64,000 nt of DNA from positions 81,468,001-81,532,000 of the forward strand of contig OZ320314.1 of assembly GCA_976226885.1 (NCBI GenBank), in the 5' to 3' direction. A program made the translations under genes and the position numbers. Position 1 is the stretch's first letter, and each line of letters starts with the position of its first letter. Shown piece after piece: positions 1 to 9,113 of the stretch. Below the pieces are notes generated by a model, which searched no databases, was not told the DNA's origin, and saw only the letters and a list, made by a program, of their open reading frames with translations. The DNA comes from Iphione sp. A-MEVVRFRX5 (lineage: Eukaryota).

Positions 1-3000
1 GGAATGGGGCGTCGAACCCATGCACACGTACTTCTACTTCATGCAGGAGGAGCAGAAAATACCTCTATGCTCAATTATGCTGATTATAATATTTGGCCCA
101 AGCAAAGGATATAGCAAGACGGATGCACAGATTATGATGGCATTCTGTCGATCATTATTTTAATTCGGGTACAATATACGTTTAGGCATGATTTATTATA
201 CCCCATCAAACTATATTTTGTTCCACCTAAACGCTTTGAAGTCAAGTTTTATAGGTGTTGGCGAGCTTACTTTCATAGCAGCGTGGATGAAAATTATTAC
301 ACACTTGCCTTTTGTAATGACCTTATCCATTATCAACAAAACAACCGGTTACACTAACGCAGTTCTGTTTCCCCTGAAGACAATTGGCGAAGAATTTTCC
401 CAATTAAACAAGAACGGACAAACAGCATTAATTGCGTTCAGGACGGGAAGCTGGAGGGGCTGCGTTGAACAATTCCTGTTGCTCCAGACTGGGACGAGCT
501 GCTCGCCGAGCAGATAAGGCTTGATTGGAGGAGCAATTGGGGAGGCATCCGATTCGGGGATGGGCAAGGGGGAGGGTGCGCTCGCGCCAGCTACCTCCAA
601 CTGTTTCAATTCCCTACAAAGGAACCAATCAGTAACCGGTAGTCCTCTGGGGGTCTCACATCATCCTCGCCTCATTTGTTATCTTGTCTCTGCTTCCTTT
701 TAACCACCGACCCCATCCGTTCCCGGAGACGGATCATGTCGCTCGCCTGGCCCTCCGTCTCGGCATCCCCTTCTTGCGTATGGCTCCGCTCACGGTTAAG
801 ATACAGACGTAAAGACCTCATTAGACATGTTTCCTATTGGATCTTTTCCGTGTGCTCGTTATTTTCAAAGGGATTCACTTGCTGTGTTTCTATCTTGTCT
901 GACTGGAGACTGCTACTGCTATGGTGCATAATTTATCTTCACCAGCAGCAGGGAAAGTATACCGCAGTGTGTAATCTGGTAGATCTAGATTAACGGTATG
1001 GCCCTAGAGACTACATAGTGGTAGACAATGATTAGGACATGCATACATGAAACGCAAGGCTGGGGCAAAGGACTCCTAACAAGCGGCAACATTCAGTTGG
1101 TAATTCTCAAGGGGAAAATCATTGTGCAACAATATAATTTTCTGGTATGTACGACCTCATCCCTGAGAGGACATCTATTAGTAGCAATTGAGCTTCGACT
1201 GCATGAAAATTGTATTAGCCATCTCTCTCTCTAAAGAAAGGTACGTTTTCATATCTTTGTATATCTATATTACAGGACAACAGAAAATACCCAAATGCAA
1301 TAACCAAACACGATGAGAAGGAGATTGTTACTGATCGGTACGGGTATTGTGTGTGGTATTTACATATGTTACGGGGAATAGTTCACCGATCGGGTAAAGG
1401 GACAACCGTTCTAGAGTGAAGTTGAACAATGTTAGACATAATAATGGAGGTAATAATGATAAGATGAGGGCAATACCAAGAGGACAATGGTCAGTGAAAC
1501 AACACCGGGTGGCGCGGTAAGCGGGCAGACTGATAAAGTGAGGCGGACTGTTTGTTTAATAGACGATGGATCATAGAGTACATAGGCATAGAAATGAATA
1601 GAGAAGACACCAAAATGGCTTATTATATGGTAGAGGATGGTGGCATTGGAAGGTGGCCAATCAGATATACTACCTTTGAGTGGACCCTCTGGCCACGACG
1701 AGGATTTAGCAAACAGTAAGTCTGACCTGAAATTAAAACCAGTAGCTGTTACCAAGGCGTTCCTCAGCAACTTATAACAACGGAAACGGAAAAAATGACT
1801 ACAAGGACGCTGGTTACTTGACAACAGTCCATGTGGTGATAGAGGGTGTGTGTGTCGGGAGGTGGGGGGGGGGCGCTGACAGCGCAGTTCATTCTAGAAG
1901 AGAGAGTGCTGTTAACTGGCTACATCGGAAATGAGACTAATTTACAAACAAACGGCAAACGCATAAAACGGACTCGAATGGCTACTCGTGTGCTCGGCGT
2001 CGATCTTGCGTGTAGTCTATAGCTAGCAGCTCTGGATCAGTTTTTTTGCCAATAGGACATGAAGCAGCTGCAGGGTTTACATGTGCATGTTCGGACAGTG
2101 TGGACGGTCAGTGTGTTTGTGTGTGTATGTGAATGGAGGCGGCAGGAGGGGGTCGTGACTTTTACAGGAAAAAGGGTCTCTGACTCCTCTCCTGCCTAGC
2201 TGCATTGGACCCGTCAAGAAGCTACCGGGTGTGGGATTCCGAAGGTTCCCCTGCTGTTGGCAGTTAAGAGTTTGTTCAGCAGGGTGAAATTTCAGTATGT
2301 ATTTGCTAAATACACAGGCTTTGGCAGCCTGCTGACAACTCACCCTCCGTCCTCCCAAGCCTAATGCATTAATGTGTGGGTGCTGGTTGGAGTGGTTCAG
2401 CAACTGCGTCAAATGTAGGTTGTCTCCCAATAAGGTGCGTATGGAAAGAGGCGGTAAATATGTGTATGTGAATGGTACGAGTCGCCCAAACCAGCACACG
2501 CTGTTGCCGGAAAGTCAAAACCTGTGCAGTCTCTGCCACCCCTGCTCCCACCCGGTTCCTCACCCAAAGTATTACATTTCGAATTGTCCTTTTTAGCTCC
2601 TGCACTTTCCGGTTTATCACACGTCTTCAAAGGCTCCTGGGGTGAGTCTGACTTCAAAGCCTACGCAATGGCATTAGCTGAAGCAGAGAGACGGCGGGCA
2701 ACGAACATCAAAGACACAGCGACAGACCCATATTTGACAAGAAAGTCGACATTTGAAATCTCCCCTTCCCCTGCCTTTCCGCTTTGCATTGCTTGCATCT
2801 CATCCCCCATTCTCTCAGTTTCTCGAGCTCCTCCCTTCTCTGAGATAAATCAGTGGTGAAAGAATGAATGGCAAGAACAGAAATATTATGGATGAATGTA
2901 GGAAGGATTCCTATGTCAAAAGTTGGCTGGGGGTGTGGTAGGGGTGCTGACTGTAAAGAAGAGTTACAGAGAAAAAGTAATCTCCGCGACGGATAATTGT

Positions 3001-3987
3001 TCCATTGTGCACGTTACTGATTACCTGAACTATAAAAATGTCTGGGAATTCCAGAAAACAAGACAGTACTGAGTTGAATGGCAGGAGGAAACATCAACGA
3101 ATTCACTGACATTTGCAACACCCTTCCTAGAGCAGGAGTAACCGTAGTGATATAATTATTCCTCTTAGAGTCCCGCTGAATTATGGGAACAGACATGTTA
3201 CTGGGAAGGTGAACTCCAGTAGAAATAACATGTACATTGCCAGGAACAGCTATTCAAAATATTCATCCTTTGAGACAACGACAAGAATATGTTGCACTAA
3301 ACGAAATGGCAATGTGTGGGATCGAAATTGATTGTCGGCTTTTACGGAAGACAGCCAGGGTACTACGTATTACATGTAGGTGTAGATGGTAAAAAATGTG
3401 CTTGACAACTTAAGGATATCCTACCACCTAACTTGTCCCTCACTGCAATTACATGCACACGGAAAAAAACGATGACACTTCAAATATATATGACAAAAAT
3501 GTGTCGTTTCTCTAGCTCATCCATTTTGAAATTATCAGTCTGCAAGGTTTACATGTACATGTAGTTGCTTGAAGTAAAGATCTGTGATTTGCCTCTGACA
3601 GGCAAGTGAGATACATTAATTAAGTTGCTATCAGGTTAGTCTTACTTTAGATTGATGCGGAATATCATGATCCTTCAGTCCCCATCCATAACGTAGCAGG
3701 CACGTTGCTACCTCCATTAGCCCACACAACACATCCAATGTATGACCCATTGTTATAATCATGATAGCAATGATGTTCCAATTACAAGACAAAAAGAGGG
3801 TGCTTACTAAAATATACATATACATGCAAAGGGAGAAGGCAGTCAGAATGCAGTTGGCACGCAAAACACAGCCATACACAAGCTGCTGTCAGATAGTCTC
3901 TATTATGGCAGGAAACACCAGACAACGCATATGGAGGCGGGCTTCGAGATAGGCAAGGAAAAGGCAAAAATTGGGCAGGAATATACG

Positions 3988-6765
3988 TTACTGATTGCTA
4001 GATGGACTAGACATCGACTGACTTACCGGCGGCGGTTCACTTTCTCCGTTGGGAGGCCACAACGAGTCGCCGTCGTCGGCGTCGCTGTCGTCCATATCCA
4101 TGCGGAAAGTGACAGCTTTCTTTGGTTTGTCTTTGAGGTCGGCTTTGGTCCAGCCGCCATTGGCTGACGGAGGGTCAGCGCCGTTGCGCTTGCGGGCCTC
4201 GCGCCGACAGTTGTACTTACTGCCGCGGGTCGAGCGTCTTTGCCGGCATTGAACGGCTACGATGGCGACAACAAGGACGACGATGAGGAAGACGATGATG
4301 GCGGTGCCGATGATGAGATGGCTGTCCTTGATATTGAAGAGTGAGAAGCCCGAGTTGCGCGACTGGGGTACGGCCACCGACTTGTTGACGACGACGTGCA
4401 GCTCGGTGCGAGAGCTATGCTGCGGCTCGCCATAGTCCGAGACCATGATGACGAAGCGGTGGATCTGGCTGTGGTACTCCTCGAGCGGCCGCTTCACCGT
4501 CACCCAGCCGTTGGTCGTGTTGAGCAGGAAGACGTCCTTGTCATTGCCGGACACGATGGTGTAGGTGAGAGCACCGCTGTCGCCGAAATCGGGGTCGTGC
4601 GCCCTGACGCGCACCACACGCGCGCCGACGGGTAGTTTGTTGGAGATGAAGACCGTGTTGTTGTACTGATGTGGATAGTCGATCACCGGTGCGTTGTCGT
4701 TCTGGTCGGCGACGAACACGGTGACATTGACGGTCGTCTTCATGTGAGGGTAGCCGCGGTTGCGCGCCACCACCACCAAATGGTAGGCGTCCTGTTGCTC
4801 GCGGTCCAGCTCACGCTTGGTGGTGAGCTGCCCCGTTATAGAGTCGATACTGAACTCGTCGAAGCCGCCCTTCCAGAGGTCGAGCGAGTAGAGGATCTCA
4901 TTGTACGGGTCCGAATCCGGGTCGGAGGCACGCACATAGCCCACCTCCGTTCCCGGTGGACGGTTTTCGTAGACGCCATAAGTGTAGGTCGTCTGGGCGA
5001 AGAGCGGTGCCTCATCGTTCGTGTCGAGGATATTCAGCGTAAGGGTAGCTGTTGACGAGCGCGGCGGGTTTCCTTGGTCCCTGGCCATCAAGATGAAGCG
5101 GTACTGACGCTGGCGCTCATAGTCGAACACCTCTGTGGCGCGAATGACGCCCGTGTTGGGACTGATGGCCAGCAGGTTGCGGCTATTGCCCTCGGTTATA
5201 GAGTAACGGATGACGGAGTTCCTGCCCGCATCGCGGTCCGTCGCGTTCACCTGTGTAACGTAGGCGTTACGGGGGTTGTTCTCGCGCAGGTCCGCCACGT
5301 AGCCCTGGCGCCAGAAAACCGGACCGTTATCATTAGAGTCGACCACCACGACCGTAATGTGTTTAGTGGTGGTTTGGGGCGGCATGCCTCTGTCTTGGCA
5401 CACCATATTCAGGTGATACTCGGACTGTTTCTCGCGGTCGAAGAGGGTCTTGGTGGTGATTTTGTATTCGGTCTGGTAGAGCTGCTGCAGCTCGAAATTG
5501 CGGCTGTCCATGCTGCAGCTCACCTCGCCGCTCACGCCGCCGTCCAGGTCGACGACCGACACGTGTGCGACGAAGGTGCCGATGGCTGCGCCCTCTGAAA
5601 CCTCCACTAGACCGGAGGATGTCAGGGCGTTGAGCGTGATCTCCGGCGAGTGATCGTTGATGTCGATCACGTGCACCACTACTTTAGCATAAGCGGGCAG
5701 TGAGTTGGGTCCTCGGTCGCGCGCCGTCACTGTCAAATAGTAGACGCTGCCCTTCTCATAGTCTACCGTACCTCGCACGTAGATCTCGCCTGTGTCAGCG
5801 TCAATGGCGAAAAGTTTACCGTATTCATCTTGTGTCTGCGGGGAGAACTCGTAGACCACTTCCCCATTGAGCCCCCTATCAGGATCGTGTGCATGGAGCC
5901 GGATGATTGTGGAATCAACGGGGATATTTTCTACAATAGAAACGTCGTACGTGTAATTGCTAAAGCGGGGATTGTTGTCGTTGGCGTCCTGCACCTGCAC
6001 CTGTACCCGCATGGAGCCTGACTTGGGCGGCGTCCCACCGTCCAGCGCCACTACCTCCATATTGTAGACCTCCACTTCCTCACGGTCGAGTCGCTCTTTG
6101 AGCACCAAGTGGAGGTCAACTACCCCAAATGTCGAGCTGTTTGTAACCCGCAGTTCGAACTTGGGAGTGTTGCTCACCAACTGGTACTGCTGTACCCCGA
6201 ATACTCCAGAGTCTAGATCTTCAGCACTTGGCAACGAGAAGGCAGTACCTGGAGAGCTGGCTTCGGGTACTTGTTTGATTATGACAGATTGCGGGAACAC
6301 AGGCCCATTGTCATTAAGGTCGGTAACTTGAATTGTAACTTTGATAATTTGGAAAAATTGGCCCGGCTGGACCATCACATTTAGATTAATGTCACATGTG
6401 GTCTGGTGGGGGCAGATCTCGTCACGGTCCACCAGCTTGGCTGTCCGCAGGATGCCTGTACTGGGGTGGATGTTGAAGAAGTCTTTAAAGCTCTGATGGG
6501 CGCCCCGCCTGTCGTGCAGCGAGAACTGCAGCTGCTGAAGCTCCTCCAGTCGCCGATCGCCCATGTCGAGCTTCGCGTCCTCAACAATGTCGGCGATGTA
6601 CGTGTTGGCAGGGAGCCCCTCCAGGATATTGTACACCAGATCCTTTTCGGCTCTCACGCCTCGGGGTACGCCCTGGAGGAGAACACCCAACACCACCACC
6701 AGCACGACGACAAGCCGCCCCCCACCGGCGCAGCCGCGGACATTTCTCATTAACATTCTCACCAT
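3988..6765 (-). CDS. Pcdh: Delta-type (non-clustered) protocadherin, 7 EC repeats + TM + start of cytoplasmic tail; large single exon. Coding part of the exon is probably 6765..4027 (913 codons), with read-through to a TAA at 3990-3988 if unspliced
   Basis: Six linker motifs DxNDxxPxF/I (DLNDNGPVF, DANDNNPRF, DINDHSPEI, DSNDNGPVF, DTNDEAPLF, DQNDNAPVI), LDRE/FDRE/DYE and AxDxD motifs, EC1 DRDEIC-x4-C typical of protocadherins, degenerate membrane-proximal EC7, hydrophobic signal core LVVVLVVVLGVLL, TM LIIGTAIIVFLIVVLVVAIVAV (~4317-4252), juxtamembrane KYNCR. The ORF-track start at 6816 is a TTG; the first in-frame ATG is 6765 (ACA-ATG-G, strong Kozak) with an in-frame TAG upstream. Orthology within the family is not assignable. 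Confidence 0.95.
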   Translation of the reverse strand: MVRMLMRNVRGCAGGGRLVVVLVVVLGVLLQGVPRGVRAEKDLVYNILEGLPANTYIADIVEDAKLDMGDRRLEELQQLQFSLHDRRGAHQSFKDFFNIHPSTGILRTAKLVDRDEICPHQTTCDINLNVMVQPGQFFQIIKVTIQVTDLNDNGPVFPQSVIIKQVPEASSPGTAFSLPSAEDLDSGVFGVQQYQLVSNTPKFELRVTNSSTFGVVDLHLVLKERLDREEVEVYNMEVVALDGGTPPKSGSMRVQVQVQDANDNNPRFSNYTYDVSIVENIPVDSTIIRLHAHDPDRGLNGEVVYEFSPQTQDEYGKLFAIDADTGEIYVRGTVDYEKGSVYYLTVTARDRGPNSLPAYAKVVVHVIDINDHSPEITLNALTSSGLVEVSEGAAIGTFVAHVSVVDLDGGVSGEVSCSMDSRNFELQQLYQTEYKITTKTLFDREKQSEYHLNMVCQDRGMPPQTTTKHITVVVVDSNDNGPVFWRQGYVADLRENNPRNAYVTQVNATDRDAGRNSVIRYSITEGNSRNLLAISPNTGVIRATEVFDYERQRQYRFILMARDQGNPPRSSTATLTLNILDTNDEAPLFAQTTYTYGVYENRPPGTEVGYVRASDPDSDPYNEILYSLDLWKGGFDEFSIDSITGQLTTKRELDREQQDAYHLVVVARNRGYPHMKTTVNVTVFVADQNDNAPVIDYPHQYNNTVFISNKLPVGARVVRVRAHDPDFGDSGALTYTIVSGNDKDVFLLNTTNGWVTVKRPLEEYHSQIHRFVIMVSDYGEPQHSSRTELHVVVNKSVAVPQSRNSGFSLFNIKDSHLIIGTAIIVFLIVVLVVAIVAVQCRQRRSTRGSKYNCRREARKRNGADPPSANGGWTKADLKDKPKKAVTFRMDMDDSDADDGDSLWPPNGESEPPPVSQSMSSPSSNQ
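4021..4029 (-). other. 5' splice donor ending the large protocadherin exon (phase 0)
   Basis: Minus strand reads CCG|GTAAGT right after codons E-P-P-P; intron would begin at 4026. Confidence 0.75.
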
Positions 6766-7077
6766 TGTCCAGTCGCGGATCCTCCCGAGAACACCTTCAG
6801 TACCCAAGTGAGCCAAGACGGAGCTGGTTATGTTGATGGTGGTTACGAATCGGGACCAGCACCGCTGGGTCAGTAGGACCTACCGGCACAGGACCGCTGA
6901 TCGGAGCCGACCTTCCGCCGCCGGAAGCGCGGGCAGCAGCAGTTAGGTGGTGCCAGGCACGCGACGACGCCGGTCGTCATTGTTATCATGATCCATTGAG
7001 CGGCCTCATCGGCCTCCAATGACGGCTGTTCCTCTCGGGAGCGACTTGGGGTGGGCCGCGCGCATCACTCATCGGGC
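6766..7077 (-). other. 5' UTR portion of the protocadherin exon, containing six upstream ATGs
   Basis: ATGs at 7072, 7065, 7009, 6996, 6989 and 6980; all their ORFs stop by 6870. Confidence 0.65.
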
Positions 7078-7105
7078 CTGAAATAGAAACGGAGCAAGAA
7101 ATATG
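7078..7105 (-). other. 3' splice acceptor opening the large protocadherin exon (exon starts 7077)
   Basis: Minus strand GCTCAT-ATTTCTTGCTCCGTTTCTATTTCAG|G: branch-like CTCAT, long pyrimidine tract and CAG, at the switch from AT-rich to GC-rich sequence. Confidence 0.75.
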
Positions 7106-7679
7106 AGCGATAATAATTGCTGTGCGCATTTAGCGCCTGTCGTGCGTTGAAGCTGAGGAGGCGCTGAAAGAGCGTGGGTGCGGTCAGGCTCACGAAAGCA
7201 ATATGGCCTTTTTTCTCTCTCAATGAATGACGGAAAATTTCTTTATATTAGTCAAAGTAACAAGGGAAAGAACGCTGTGAGCAAATTTTACACGCTTAGT
7301 GAGAGATAACCCATAACCCCTTAATTGGGAAGATGTAATACAAAAAACATCAACATGCATGCATGGTGACCTTTCTCCCCGTTTTCTCCTTTAAGATGGT
7401 GGGTTCGCCTGAGGGATTTTTTTCTTAACATCAATGGCACTACTGAGAGGGGAAAGCAAAAGCAGTACTCGTCTAGGGAAAGCTGACATTGGAAACGCTG
7501 ATGGTCCTCCTGTTGGGTCGGGTAAAATGAACTGTGTCCACATTGGCCATATTACTTATGGCCTTCTATGGGCCACTTCAATTAATACCGGGACACTAGA
7601 ACGCTCCCTTTAGCAGTGAGAGGGTTTGGCGGTTGTACTTGAAGCGCCCCTCCTCCATCTCCCCCTCTAGTATTCCGTA

Positions 7680-8500
7680 CCGCCCGGGTGACTTCTGGCC
7701 CCGAGGTTGTTTGCCCCAGGACAGAGGATGCCGACCTTGGCGTGCTCGAGGTGCTGGCACCTAGTCCAACTCCACAGCTCCCCCTTCCCGTCCTCGTGCT
7801 CTCAACCCATCCCGGCTACCTCCTCCATGATTCACGGCCATATTTGCCAGAGGGGGGGGGGAGAGGGGCGGGGGGCGAGTCCCGGGCCCAGAGAATGCCT
7901 CACACTAGGGATCAGACCGGACAAGCTGGTAAATGCAGAGAGATGTCTCAAGGATAAAGTAACCCAGCAGTTGGGCTGATCAGTATACGCTACACCCCAT
8001 ACCCCCGTTTGTGCCGCCCACCCCCTCCCCATTACTCGTACACCCGCCTCCCCTCTCCTTCACACACAAAACAGTAATATATCTATCGCCCATCCCACTC
8101 CGCCTCACATCTCGCCCGTTCAGCACTGCCTGGTGACAAAAGTTGAGGATCATGCGATATGCTGACGCGACCGAAGGCCAGGATTAGTGGTGATCCGGCC
8201 GGCTCTCTTTAAGCGGCTGCACTTGTGTCGCGAGGGTCACTCCAGGCCATCGCTCCGGTCGGAATGCTCCTCTGTAAAGTCACCTCTGGCGGGGTGTCCG
8301 AGAGTCGGCTGGTCGTCCGCCGTTCGACGGCGGAAGTCGTACGTAAATCCCACACATGAATATGACGACTGTTTCCGCCGCGCTCTGAGTGAACAGTGTG
8401 GCGAGTCAGTGCCCCTTCCCCCGCTCCCGTATGCGGGCCAGGTGCACCTTCCCGACCGGGGCGGAGGGAGCCTAAGCCAAAAGGCAAACGTTTGGCTACA
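7680..8500 (-). promoter_or_regulatory. GC/CpG-rich candidate proximal promoter and non-coding first exon (~8390..8284)
   Basis: GC/CpG-rich patch, GC box GGGGCGGAG 8458-8466, Inr-like TTCACT on the minus strand near 8390, donor-like AG|GTGACT at 8283, about 1.2 kb upstream of the 7077 acceptor. Confidence 0.35.
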
Positions 8501-8797
8501 AACACGCCCCACAAACACTTCTTCCACCAAGAACTCTATCCCTATACGTACATGTCTCGCCGTCTCGGCACCCTCAAGAGCCAGTGCATGCCATTGGTGA
8601 CAATACCTTGGCTGGGTTTGTGGAGTGCCTTGCCGGTCACCAACATACAAGGACCGACGTATCCTCAGTAAGAATTCATTGGCAAACATATTTCCAATTA
8701 AGCGTAAAGCTGTATACAGCGAATTACAACGTTTGAATAACAGAACGTAGTCAACAAAGTGGCAAAGTGAATTTGCTTTCATTGCTGGTCAGGTTAC

Positions 8798-9113
8798 TAA
8801 GGCTAAAATAAAGTTCTGTGTTTCTAATAACAAGCTGGAAAGTAGAGGGTCAGTAGGTAGGTGGTATTTTTTTCCCCTTTTTTCCAGTGTTAATTGGAAC
8901 TTTATATACAGAGGTATATGGCAATACCACTTCTACTGCTTGGATATTTATGAAACTTATATCACATAAAAGCCAATGATGTAAGCAACAAAATTGTGTA
9001 TCTATATCATCATTTAGTCTAAAGTCTTAAGTAAAAAAAAACAAGAAAGTGTTCCCTTGAGACTAAAAGAAGGGTCGATCGGGTTACCGGAAACATATTT
9101 TTGCACAGGCCTA
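8798..9113. mobile_element. Degenerate non-autonomous DNA transposon (MITE-like, ~316 bp)
   Basis: Imperfect terminal inverted repeats: left TAAGGCTAAAATAAAGTTCTGTGTTTCTAATAAC versus reverse complement of right end TTAGGCCTGTGCAAAAATATGTTTCCGGTAAC; both ends fall on TA. Confidence 0.4.

Noticed and set aside
1-85. B-box-like GGTTCGACGCC on the minus strand (18-8)
   Set aside because: A-box unconvincing, no cloverleaf, and truncated by the window edge.
628-3996. GTTACTGAT four times in 4 kb (628, 1327, 3013, 3987)
   Set aside because: Post-hoc word, no known consensus and no regular spacing; one copy is explained as a branch point.
4105-4116. WIRS (WAVE-complex) motif at AVTF
   Set aside because: WIRS needs a bulky hydrophobic residue two positions before the Thr; here it is Ala. 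RVxF fits better.
4049-6811. Antisense and off-frame ORFs of 63-174 aa overlapping the protocadherin
   Set aside because: Shadow ORFs expected from high GC3; no domains.
6766-6816. N-terminal extension MAHLGTEG... in the ORF track
   Set aside because: The start codon is TTG; the first ATG with strong Kozak context is 6765 and gives a normal signal peptide.
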